DNA of 64,000 bases from Eledone cirrhosa. Its lineage: Eukaryota. Made by a program: the position numbers and the translations under genes. This document shows, piece after piece, positions 1 to 13,797 of the stretch (its first letter is position 1; every line of letters begins with the position of its first letter). The notes under the pieces were generated by a model. It was not told the origin of the DNA. It did not search any database and saw only the letters and a program-made list of their open reading frames with translations. Location: NCBI GenBank assembly GCA_964016885.1, contig OZ024741.1, positions 327,670,001-327,734,000 on the forward strand, in the 5' to 3' direction.

Positions 1-1005
1 GCGGTTCTGTTTATACTGACTGACTCTGTTCTCGTATCGCCTGATTTTGGCACTCTTTGCTACAATGCGTTGCTTCAGCTCCTCTATGATAATATTTAGC
101 TTTTTACTCCTAGTTTTGTATTTTATTTCCAGTCTATTTTTAGTGCCTATGTTTTTTAGTGTCCCATTCAGTAGTGACTCAAGCTTTCCTATGTCATTTC
201 TCATTTCCCCGATTTGCCCACTCAGTCGCTTCTTCCACCACGGCTCTGCTCTTTCTTGTCTGTTGTTTCCTCTCGCTTTTATACCAAGTAGTTTCCTCAC
301 CGTATTTGCTGTTGCTTTGAGGATATTGTTGCACTGGTGAAGACTCCTCGCCTCAAGGTATGGGATGACTTTGTTTACCTTAGCTGTTGTTTCTTTTAAC
401 TTTTTCCTGTCTACAAATCTTAGGTTCATAGGTCTCCCACTATCATTGTTCAACTCATCTACCACTAAATTTAGGATGTCAACCGAATCTTGTCCTAGCC
501 CGTCAGCACTCATCTCCTCAGTGGCCGTATCTCTGTTCCAGGTATTATTTATCTCAGTATTCAGATCATTGTCTGCTTCGGGTGGTTCCTCCGTTCTCAG
601 GACCTCCTCACCTTCATTTCCCGCCGGCTCGCTTGTCTGGCATACTACACCCGCCATCTCCAAGCCATTCTCTCTGTTCAGTTCCTCCAGTTCCAGCTCG
701 CTTATCCACCCATTTGTTCTTATTACCCGAGCCTGCCCGGCCAATTTTTGTTCATCTAATTTAAATAAACCAATCTCGTTCCAGATGTTATGCATCCGTC
801 TCCTGTAGCCCCTCTCCTTGGGGTTACTTTTCAGGTAGCATTGCATAACAGTTCTATTCAATTCTTTCGTCCAGTTGGTTCTGGCCCCTTTCCTTCTTCT
901 TCTTCCTCCAACATCAGCAGTATTTGGTTGACAGTCAGGTTCCTGCTGCTGAGCCAGGGGGCACCTGTTGGGTGAGAGTCTGTCACATGACGTTCTAGTC
1001 TCCAT
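1..1005 (-). CDS. N-terminal part of the R4/Dong ORF (runs off the window)
   Basis: ATG at 1005 is in frame with ...KQNR at position 1. Antisense ORF 365..808 matches antisense ORF 54201..54635 of the full-length copy. Confidence 0.7.
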   Translation of the reverse strand, partial: METRTSCDRLSPNRCPLAQQQEPDCQPNTADVGGRRRRKGARTNWTKELNRTVMQCYLKSNPKERGYRRRMHNIWNEIGLFKLDEQKLAGQARVIRTNGWISELELEELNRENGLEMAGVVCQTSEPAGNEGEEVLRTEEPPEADNDLNTEINNTWNRDTATEEMSADGLGQDSVDILNLVVDELNNDSGRPMNLRFVDRKKLKETTAKVNKVIPYLEARSLHQCNNILKATANTVRKLLGIKARGNNRQERAEPWWKKRLSGQIGEMRNDIGKLESLLNGTLKNIGTKNRLEIKYKTRSKKLNIIIEELKQRIVAKSAKIRRYENRVSQYKQNR

Positions 1006-1374
1006 TTCACCGTTATTCGAACTGTTTATGTTCGATATTTAAACACTCTTATCGAGGATTTTCCCCCCTCTTCTCTGTCCGTCCGCCTGCTTCTCTCTTC
1101 ATTCTTATTTTCTTTACGTTTTTGGGGTTTCTTTTTTTGTTTTTGTTTTTCTCTGTTTTTCTCGTTTTTTACTGTTGTTGCTGTGCTGCTTTTGTTGTTT
1201 GTTTTTTCTTTTTTCTTTTGAGTCTATCTATATATTTTGATGCCTTCCTCTTTGTTAGTAGTAGGAATTCTATAATGTGGAAGTGGTAGCCAGCAGAGAC
1301 TGGCGGCGTTGGCGATACTGAGACAGTGGTGGTGGTGATGTCGATACCGAGGCAGTGGTGGCGGTGATGCGACC

Positions 1375-2017
1375 GTATTACTGTAGTGATGGTGCTGTAG
1401 CGGTGGCAGCAGCAGTGAAGGAGTCAGGGGGTGGTGGCGGCGTGATGGGATAGTGGTGGTAATGATGGCCGTAGTGAGCGGTGGCGGTGAAGGTGAAAAT
1501 GCTGTTGTGTTTAGTGTACACAGATGATGGGGTGGGTGGTGTATCTAGTTTCTGGTGTTGGTGAGTTTCGCTGTCCTATATAGTGTAGCCAGAGGAGAGG
1601 AGGGGGGGGGGTTCTTCTTCTTCCATTTATAGCCATTTTATTTATTTTTTTTTTTTTTTGGATATACAGTGTACAATACAAAGTTGAATATTTGAATATT
1701 AGAGCCGTATTACTGTAGTGATGGTGCTGTAGCGGTGGCAGCAGCAGTGAAGGAGTCAAGGGGTGGTGGCGGCGGTGATGGGATAGTGGTGGTAATGATG
1801 GCCGTAGTGAGCGGTGGCGGTGAAGGTGAAAATGCTGTTGTGTTTAGTGTACACAGATGATGGGGTGGGTGGTGTATCTAGTTTCTGGTGTTGGTGAGTT
1901 TAGCTGTCCTATATAGTGTAGCCAGAGGAGAGGAGGGGGGGGGTTCTTCTTCTTCCATTTATAGCCATTTTTTTTTGGATATACAGTGTACAATACAAAG
2001 TTGAATATTTGAATATT
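1375..2017. repeat. Tandem duplication (~330 bp x2) inside the R4/Dong 5' UTR
   Basis: cgtattactgtagtgatggtgctg...gttgaatatttgaatatt occurs at 1375-1700 and 1706-2017. Confidence 0.95.
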
Positions 2018-2194
2018 TGAGCCTTATAACAATACATTTTGGGTCCGAATTTTTTTGGGGCTCAAGCCGGGTGCTTTACGTAGCATTTGTACTAAGAGTT
2101 GTTATTTCACAAATGATTTAAATATGTTAAAAATTCAAAACTTACGGGAGCGATTTCATGACCTGCGTCACCTCGTGCGTCTTCTTCCCTTATC

Positions 2195-2237
<43 letters not shown>
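2195..2237. repeat. (ATT)n microsatellite at the R4/Dong 5' junction
   Basis: Direct reading. Confidence 0.95.
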
Positions 2238-2238
<1 letters not shown>

Positions 2239-2513
2239 TCTAGATTCCTTACATCAAAATAAAATATGTTGACAATCTTTTAATAATGTCTTCGTTATGA
2301 AATTTGTGGTCTTGTTTTGCTTAACTAATGAATATTTCCAGCTCTGCGCACCTAACTTCTTCATGAACCCAGCCACCTTGCTGCTTTCTACTGCATATTG
2401 CACATTGAGCACATGCCTTTACGCTTTGGCTTCTAACTAATTCACAAATCTCTCATCTCATATCTCCTCCCCTATCTCCATCTCTCTCTTTAAGATTGGT
2501 TACTCTTTAACTG

Positions 2514-3215
<702 letters not shown>

Positions 3216-3216
3216 T

Positions 3217-3904
3217 AAATGTAAGTATGTATGTATACGTACATACATATATGTATACAGACGTACAGTCGCATGTATATATATATATATATATATATAT
3301 ATCTATATATTTATATATACAAAAGGTGACATTGTTGCCTGAACACTGTACGGCGTAAACAGGCTGTCCGTTTGTTTACAAACGAACAAAGCGAACATTA
3401 TAATAAATGTTAGGTAAACTGATACGTGCATATATATATGTGTGCCTGTATGTATATATATATATATATATATATACATGCTACTGTACGTCTGTATACA
3501 TATATGTATGTACGTATACATACATACTTACATTTAAGTAAGTGCCGTACTAAGAGTGAGAAATTAAATTTCGTTTCATTCTATTCCATTTATCGTTTTC
3601 GGTGCGCCTGGCCGACTGAACTCACTCGATATGCAAACTAAGCTGCTCAGCCGTTAATTTTCATAAGGAAAGTATATACTTTCGAACGTTCAACCATCTG
3701 GCAGAAAGGTATACGGTGCTGACGATAGCTAACAAGCTTGAAACTAGTACATCGTTCCTGTGTCAGTGTTGAACAAAAAGGTGACGTGGTTGCCTGAACA
3801 CTGTACGGCATAAATCAGGCTGTCAGTTTGTTTACAAACGAACAACGCGAACATTATGATAAATGTTCAGTAAACTGATACGTGCATATATATATGTGTG
3901 CCTG

Positions 3905-3962
<58 letters not shown>

Positions 3963-4075
3963 CATGCTACTGTACGTATGTATACATATATGTATGTACG
4001 TATACATACATACTTACATTTAAGTAAGTGCCGTACTAAGAGTGAGAAATGAAATTTCGTTTCATTCTATTCTAT
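3217..4075 (+). mobile_element. Non-coding HHR tandem repeat (retrozyme-like family RzA), locus 1: short inverted piece plus ~1.7 tandem units
   Basis: The unit recurs at 26325-27280 and 33866-34840. 3217-3275 is the reverse complement of 3475-3535. No ORF. Confidence 0.85.
3714..3754 (+). ncRNA. Minimal type I hammerhead ribozyme (RzA)
   Basis: cggtg CTGACGA t-agct-aaca-agct-t GAAA ctag TA catcg; predicted cleavage after GUA at 3749. Confidence 0.9.
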
Positions 4076-4087
4076 ATATATAAATCT

Positions 4088-4142
<55 letters not shown>

Positions 4143-4199
4143 AGGAAGAAGAAGAAGAAGAAGAAGAAGAAGAAGAAGAAGAAAAAGAAGAAGAAGAAG
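4143..4199. repeat. (GAA)n microsatellite
   Basis: Direct reading. Confidence 0.95.
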
Positions 4200-4204
4200 T
4201 ATTT

Positions 4205-4345
4205 GCTTCTACAGTGTTTTTTGCCAAAATTCATTCACAAGTCCCTCCGAGGTTATAGCAGAAGGCACTCAGGGAAGAATCCTTCCAGTGTGAATATAAA
4301 CGAAAGCATATGGCTGTGAAGCACACTCTATAAACCCAGATAATC
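4205..4345 (-). mobile_element. Decayed tRNA-derived SINE head (long octopod-type SINE)
   Basis: ccaaaattcattcacaag..ccgaggttatagcagaaggcactc resembles the antisense head of the family also seen at 6828 and 45497. Confidence 0.5.
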
Positions 4346-5149
4346 ATGGATTCACCTCGGACACCATACTAATTAAGTACGGATGGTGCGTTTGCAACAT
4401 CGATTGTAATTACATTTCTTATTGCCCATGTGAATTATGTGAGAATTAAAATGATTATGGTCCTCCCGACTAAATATCATTGTATTAACTTATTCCCACT
4501 AATGTAATTTATTAATCTAATTATTATTTCAATTCTTTAAATAATGAGCGAAGCAATAACAACTGTGGTTAGCAAGAGACACGGAACAATCATTTATAAT
4601 GAGAAGAGACGCTTGTAGCTTAGTTGAATCCTTACATTTGTAAATTTCATCGTTCTGCTCCCTCAAGTCCGAAACATATTGCTGAATGGCAAACACACTT
4701 AAGATCGCCTTAAATATTATTTAATTCCCTATAAAGGTATATCGATCGGTTGGAAGCTACTTAATTCAGTTTACAATATTCCATCATTCCTGTTCGTCTT
4801 AAACAAAGAGATGATGTTTAATTTGATATATGCCAAGGAAGCTGATGTTTTAAAAATACTTAATATTTCCTATTAATTGTGTATGCTGCCTTGAAAATGT
4901 TGTCATACGAATTATTTTCATCAGTGGTTACTACAGCCTTCAAGGGTGGAGATTAAGAGCACATGACTTTTGCAGTTGATCTCAAGCGCGCGGAGTTGAT
5001 AGCAGTGAAATGGGATATATTTAAGTAATTTAACCGCACATTTGGAGTTAATAATAAAGCACTAATAACCATAGAGTGACTTAGAAATGCGAAAGCGTTA
5101 ACAATCGTTGTGTTCAAGACCTACCACCTGATCATATTGTCTTGAGCTC

Positions 5150-5400
5150 GTAGGCTCATATGGCCAGTGTTTATCTGTTGTTCAGTGGTGGAAAGGAACT
5201 GAGAGTAAAAGACATCCCTCTGGACATCGCAGGGTTAAACCCGCAGGTATTGCTGGTACGCATTTTCAGTTGAGTATATTGGAGCAGCGTGTAATGAAAT
5301 ATTTTGCACAAGTACATGACACACAACCCAGTCCAGAAATCGATACCACAACAATATGATCCTAACACCACCATCCTTACCGCTTGGCCACATGCCTCCC
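5150..5400 (-). mobile_element. Old tRNA-derived SINE (second family)
   Basis: The minus strand starts ggaggcatgtggccaagcggtaagg (A box) ... ggtatcgattt (B-box-like), followed by a core-like segment ending tgaaaatgcgtaccagc. Confidence 0.6.
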
Positions 5401-5952
5401 CTGGACGAACAGACCTTTGTTAGATGAGGATAAGGGCAATTGAGGTTAGATTCAGCTTTAATCTGATACAAGGTTTGACTACGATAGCACAGTCACTGGT
5501 GACGAATTATTTTCTCATCTCGTCATAAATGATGTGGTGAGTGTTGACTCTGAAGCTAATGAATGTTATTTAAAACTGAAAGCTGATGTGTATCTGAAGC
5601 GAAGATTCTTCATCAGAGTAGCGTGTCTGAATTCTTTATCTGGACAGAATAAGAGAAGATCGAACCTACCTGGGAATTAATCGAGTCAAATTTCACCCAC
5701 GCGTTTGTGAATGTGGAAGGCAGACGATCAAGCAAACCAGCTTAGCATTTCCGTTCCAAAACAGAGAATGAAATTAGGAAGGCGTCTTATTGATTTCCAC
5801 GAAAACTACAATGCCAGTAACATCATCAGTAACAACAAACCTAACAACAGATACAGAATTAAGGTTAGCAGTTATAATAACAGTTGCAGCATCAGCAAAT
5901 ATTACGGGTGGTACCAGCAACACCAGCGATAACAACACAAGGTAACTTCAAG

Positions 5953-6400
5953 TTAATGGTTTCTGATTTAGGCATTAGTCTTTCAATTTTGGGTAAGTGG
6001 AAAAATCGATTAAATCAACCCCAGTGCGTTACTGGTACTTTATTTGATCGCCCTCTAAGGATGAAAGGTGGAGTTCGCCACGGTGGGATAGGAAATCAAA
6101 AAGTAAAGATTCGTAAATATATGTAGCAAACATGTTGTCCCACGCTCTCCCGGTACTGCCAATTAACTGCTCTGGTAACCCTCAATGGTTTCCGATTTAG
6201 GAAAAAGGACGACAATTTTGGGGGAGGGAAAATCGATTAAATCGACACCAGTACGTTACTGGTACTTTACTTTATGCATCTCGTAAGGATGAAAGGCAAA
6301 GCTAACCTCGACGGGTTTTGAACACAGAGCGTAAAGGGACGTAACGATGCCACAAATCATACATGTCTAACTCCTCTAAATTCTGGGACCTCGCTACAAT
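5953..6400 (-). mobile_element. Two tandem decayed short SINEs (family of 33198)
   Basis: aatcgattaaatcgac.ccagtacgttactggtacttt...aaggatgaaaggcaaag occurs twice (5953-6175 and 6183-6400). Confidence 0.8.
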
Positions 6401-6827
6401 ACTGCTCTATCCAGTAAGATAAGCCTCAGAGTTAAAATTTACCCCGCATCCACTTTATTCCCGTAGCGGCATATAATTCTTTTCGCCTGCAACATGAAAG
6501 TGTTAAATCAAGATTTAATCTAGAAAAAACAAAAAAATATAAATAAACGACGGAAAATTATAAAATACAAAGGAGACAATCAAAAATACATCACCATGTT
6601 TTTACAATTGATTAGTTTTACATTAATGCGGCATAATTAATTGATTATGAAACATGTGACAAGTGATAATAATCTTCCCTTTAAAAAATTAACAATCATC
6701 AGATGATGAGAATGACATTTACAATATTGTGATACATATAACATTTTGATATTCATATATATGTATATTAATTACAGCCCGGTGATACCAATTAACCCCA
6801 GCAAGATGTTCTCTGTCACATATATGA

Positions 6828-7195
6828 TGGGGCGGACATGGCTGACATCACTGTGGGGTTAAAGTATTTGCTAGGCAACCAGTGATTTATAGTTCACTCT
6901 TACATACTACACGGCATCTCGGTGAAAGGAAGTGTTTGTTCTAACATATCCAGGACTTGAATAACATTTTTGACGGGGAATTCCGTAGAAGGAAATTACC
7001 GGCAGGTATCCGGCGCATGAATCTATATATATTTGTATGCCCGTGTCGATGTATACCTTCGTGTCTGTGAAAGAAATCCGTGTCCTACAGCTTTGACAAA
7101 ATGAGTTCGATAAAATAAGTACCAGACATAAGCAAATAAGTAGTATAGACGATATGATTGATTATATCACGACGGTACCCCAGAATCGATGCATA
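6828..7195 (+). mobile_element. Decayed long tRNA-derived SINE (octopod type)
   Basis: GC-rich head with tggctg, internal TA/TG tract, and a cgataaaataagtacc motif shared with the short SINE. Confidence 0.55.
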
Positions 7196-7359
7196 AAAAA
7201 TCAGTCTTTTTCTCTCTACTCATGATCCTTCTGTCTTTCTATCGTGTCTTGTGTATTTCCTTGACCTCAGGTAATTGAACAAGTAACAGTAATTTACAGA
7301 TTTCTATTGTTACACAATGAAACGCAATTAACTGTCGAATTGTTAAACTGAAGGGATCA

Positions 7360-7512
7360 TATAATAATGGTTTCTTATATAGGCACCAGGCCAGCAATTT
7401 TGGGGGGAGGGGAAAGTCGATTAAATCGACCCCAGTACGTTACTGGTGCTTTATTTTATCGACCCTGTAAGGATGAAAAGCAAAGTTAACCTCGGCGGGA
7501 TTTGAACTCAAG
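7360..7512 (-). mobile_element. Short SINE, 5'-truncated
   Basis: ggaaagtcgattaaatcgaccccagtacgttactgg...gttaacctcggcgggatttgaactc (antisense B box). Confidence 0.85.
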
Positions 7513-7963
7513 CGATCATATGATAATAACAATGAACGTAGTTCCGGGGCGACAGAAAGAATTGTGTATACCTCAAACCATCAGACTTTACATCAAAGCT
7601 GTTGGATAGAATTGTGTACCCCCGTTCAGCTGAAGCATAATATATAGGCAAGACACTTGAAACATGTGATCGTGATATGATTGGCTATCGTTAAATAATT
7701 AAACAACTACACAGACCTTGTTAGATAACCCGCAATACGAGTTCAATACACGACATTCGCAACCTCAATAAGAAAGTTGATTCAGGGGATTCTCCTTCTG
7801 CTTAATCGGCAGTATATCCTATCATCATATCGCCAACTCTGTGCTTTTGAGATTCGGTTCTTTTTACATTGGTGTTGCAGTCGTTAGCGCTTGATATCGA
7901 GTCGATTCTGTTCTGAGAAGATTGATAATTTCCCGTCGAAGTGAGCAGCTGGTCAAAGCTTGC

Positions 7964-9109
7964 TATCTAACATTTGTTTCTGTTTGTGACCAGTAACACA
8001 CTGGGGTCGAATTAGCCGACTTTCCCTTTACCTTCAAATTGACAGCTTTGGGCCCAAAATAGAAAAAATTATTATTATCTCAGACGGGTGTATTGGAAGA
8101 ATCATTAGAGTATTGGATTAAATGCATTGTGGTATTTATTCGAACTATTTACTTTCTGAGTTTGTGCAGTATTCACACCTTTCTGTGCGAGATATATAAC
8201 AGAACTTGCTTTCTTCATGCACATGTGGTGGTACCAGACTTTATTAAACGTTACGAATCATGGGTTGCAGCTAGAGCGTAAGGTCTTCCAAGTAACATTT
8301 CACCAAGTGAAGCAGCTTTCCCGGCTGATGAAGATCATTGATAAAGCCGAATTCGCTGGAGATATGTATACCAATCGCAGATAAGGCATTCTTCATGGTT
8401 TGAAAGGCTCGCTCGGCTTGTACATTTGACTGCCAACGATAAGCAGTTGTATATATGCACTTCATGCCAAGAATCGATAATCGATAACCATCTTTCAATA
8501 CCGTACATTCGGGAGAATTGTCTGATATAAATTTTGGCAGTCCGAAAAAAAAACGAACACGCAATAAGCACATTTGTACGTTCTCACTCTCTCTCTCTCT
8601 TTCACTCACTCTCTCTCTCCCTCTCAATCTATCTATCTTTCTCTCTCTATATTTCACTCTCTATCTCTCTCATTATCTCTCTATCTCTATCTCGCTCTCT
8701 TAAGTTTCACACATACTGATGTTTTGATGATAGTGGTGGTGGTGATGGTGGTGGTAGTGGTTGTGGGTGTAACAGACGCATAAGTGCCAACAATATAATT
8801 GTGACTTTTAAACTATTGCCCCCCCAAGAGAGAATGAGGAATGCCACATCCAATGATACAATATTACATTATTACAATTCACCATGTCGGGATTCTAGAT
8901 GGTATTAAGATTGACACCAGAGATTTCCATGGTTTAATGGCATTACATACATTTAGCCTTTTGGTTTGATAAATATATTTATGCAGCTTTTATATATATA
9001 TATATCTAACATTTGTTTCTGTTTGTGACCAGTAACACACTGGGGGCGCATTAGCCGACTTTCCCTTTACCTTCAAGTTGACAGCTTTGGGCCAAAAATA
9101 GAAAATTAT
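7964..9109 (+). repeat. ~107-bp direct repeat (7964-8073 and 9003-9109) containing a SINE 3' end
   Basis: tatctaacatttgtttctgtttgtgaccagtaacacactgggg...aaaatagaaaa.ttatt occurs twice with few differences. Confidence 0.9.
8370..8550 (-). pseudogene. Gypsy-like LTR retrotransposon integrase relic
   Basis: FGLPKFISDN...LGMKCIYTTAYRWQSNVQAERAFQTMKNAL matches the rve pattern FG.P..I.SD..TTAYHPQSNG..ER. Confidence 0.75.
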
Positions 9110-9111
9110 TC

Positions 9112-10433
<1,322 letters not shown>

Positions 10434-10436
<3 letters not shown>

Positions 10437-11187
10437 GGAGGTGAGTTTTATTGTAGTACAATAAAGCAATGCAGATATCGGATAAGAAGCACTCTACAGT
10501 TTGTGGGACTGGAGTATGCATAATAAAAGATCAAAAGATCTTCGTTATTTTTTTCTCTCTATCTCCATACATAATTTCCCTTCGTTAATTTTCAAATTCC
10601 TTTAATTTATACATTATCTTCCAACGGTTCCCAACCTCTCTATATTAAAACATTATATCTTTTTCTCAGTTATAAAAACTATCTCTTTCTCTCTATCACC
10701 CATCTCTCCCTTTCCACCTTCACTCTCATCTCCTCCCCTTTTTTTCATCCTTTCCACCCCCACCCCTCCCTAAATATAATATATTTTTTCCTCGCACATA
10801 TCCTCCCTTCGTTAATTTTCAAAATTTTTAATTTATACAGTATCTTCCAACGGTTTTCAACCCCTCTATATAAAATATATCTCCTCTCTGTTATAAAAAC
10901 TATCTCTTTCTCTCTATCACCCATCTCTCCCTCTCATCTCCTTCCCTTTTCATCCTTTTCTCTCCCCCCCTCTCTAAATAAAATATTTTTCCCAATATCA
11001 CACATCAATCTAAAACCACTTTTCATATGTTGATTTAAAACTGCACTATCAACAAGTGTTTTTTTAGCCTTCATATCATGTTCTCCTGTTTTATCTGATG
11101 AAAACACAAATATTATTGTTTGATGATGTTTGTTTTTGAAATGCGCATAATAAAATATATTGAACTCCTTTAACCATCTTTTGATCT

Positions 11188-11192
<5 letters not shown>
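10434..11192 (+). mobile_element. PLE 3' UTR/pseudo-LTR fragment with inverted terminal piece (10434-10540)
   Basis: Homologous to 31190-31452. 10434-10540 is antisense to the terminus ...cctcctac(AT)n. HHR present. Confidence 0.7.
11089..11155 (+). ncRNA. Type I hammerhead ribozyme with extended stem II
   Basis: ttttat CTGATGA aaacacaaatattat..atgatgtttgttttt GAAA tgcgca TA ataaaa. Confidence 0.85.
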
Positions 11193-12308
<1,116 letters not shown>

Positions 12309-12528
12309 CGGGGTAACAAATAATAGTTAAATGTAGTCCACTTAGGTATAGTCCAGTTATGGTATTCCAGGTAGTGGATGATATTAACGCTTGGCTTGGT
12401 TTGACTCAACAAGGCGTTTTCAAAGTGATGCTGTGGGTATGCTGTAATTCCTATGTTGTAAACACTTGGTGTAATAATAAATCAGGAAAGAAGGTTGACA
12501 TGGTTTGCTATACAAAAAAGGTTTTTAA

Positions 12529-12648
12529 TCTCATAGCTGACAATTGTTTCTCTGAACTGTTAGGTCTAGAGATCGCTATTCGCTTATTTTCACGTTACTC
12601 GATCGCCAATACAAAATTATAACCAGTCAGATCTTCGGAGCATGCGAG
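12529..12648 (-). ncRNA. Hammerhead ribozyme with CCGAAGA core and long stem II insert
   Basis: Minus strand: gct CCGAAGA tctgactg..~70 nt..cagttcaga GAAA caattg TC agc. Confidence 0.75.
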
Positions 12649-13019
12649 AATGAAGAAAATACACAGGCAAGAAAAGAATATACAGGCTACTATATGAAGT
12701 AGTAATGGCTTTCAATTAAAACAATAACAACAATTACAACAATGCTATTAATAAATTATTTGAGGAGACCCTGACATTACTTTGGTGGGGGGTATAGTGT
12801 ATCTAACATTACGGCGTGTAAAACTAGCTGTCATGAGGCAAAAGTAAGAGTTTGGCATGTACAGAGTATCGAAGTGTGTATCAATTTTAAATTATAAAGA
12901 TAAGCCAGTGTTTACAGTCTTTCTTTTCATCTTCAATAGCATACATGAGTGGGACGACACTGTCAAAGCTAAATAGTTGTTGAGTTAATACAGAGGTTAA
13001 CGAAGTAATATACGCATAT

Positions 13020-13023
<4 letters not shown>

Positions 13024-13107
<84 letters not shown>
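13024..13107. repeat. (CA)n microsatellite
   Basis: Direct reading. Confidence 0.95.
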
Positions 13108-13797
13108 ATATATATATGTATATATACACATGCATGTGTACATAGACACATACATACACATCAATATACACTCGTACAAAAATATACATACATGCAAAGA
13201 GATAAGCGTGCTAATTGTAATTATGGCGAAAGGAAGGTAAAGTGACATTGTAGTAGTGATTTGAGAAAAACTAGGATTTAGGATCAAATGATGGCATCAG
13301 CAGAGAAGGAATAAGTTTGTGGGTTGATGAGGTACTTACAGACATTTGTGTGGTATAGACTTGTGAAGGATATAGTATACTTAATGAATATATTTCTGTG
13401 GGTAGTAGGTATCCTAATTTAAAGCTATGTTGTGTTGGTTCGATTCACGGAGGTTTGAATCTTATGAATTTAGTGGCAATTCTATGTCTGCAGAAGATAG
13501 ATCTTTCTAACTTATTGTTAAGTAGCCTTTTTACATTTTTAAGAATATATAATAGCTCAAGATCACATAGCCCGCAGTGGGACATCCCTGTACTATAGCT
13601 TTTAGCAGCCGACAACTTCGACCAGTTGATACTGTAGTTAGTGCTTCTGTCCTTCAGTTCCCATATTTTTTTGGCGAGGGTTGTGGAACCCATAAGTGCA
13701 CGGTTTTTCATTGAGTGTCTGTGCACATACCATCTTTTTTTAAAAGAACCCGTGGTGGATCCTATGTAATTCCAGGTGGAGTTACCCGATATATATA

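Larger units (their letters stand above)
1..2190 (-). mobile_element. R4/Dong-type RLE non-LTR retrotransposon, family A: 5' UTR and ORF start, continues off the window
   Basis: Reverse complement aligns with 53085-54990 (e.g. cgataagagtg..tcgaac.taaacagttcgaataac; ..aatcg.tcccgtaagttt). The 5' end abuts (ATT)n at 2195. Confidence 0.9.
12309..13790 (-). mobile_element. 5'-truncated Penelope-like element: GIY-YIG end, 3' UTR and pLTR ending in (TA)n
   Basis: ORF 13445-13807 WNYIGSTTGSFKKRWYVH...TTLAKKIWELK...CGLCDLE...LNNK.E..IFCRH; HHR at 12529. Confidence 0.85.

Noticed and set aside
365-975. Antisense ORFs over LINEs (e.g. 365..808, 54201..54635, 59219..59602)
   Set aside because: Shadows of the retroelement coding strand.
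5500-5720. Possible host exon or CTGATGA motif; also unique sequence at 25047-25500
   Set aside because: No recognisable protein motif, splice pair or matching GAAA stem.
7964-9109. Direct repeats around an integrase relic read as LTRs
   Set aside because: The repeats are mostly SINE 3' sequence, lack TG..CA ends, PBS and PPT, and enclose under 1 kb.
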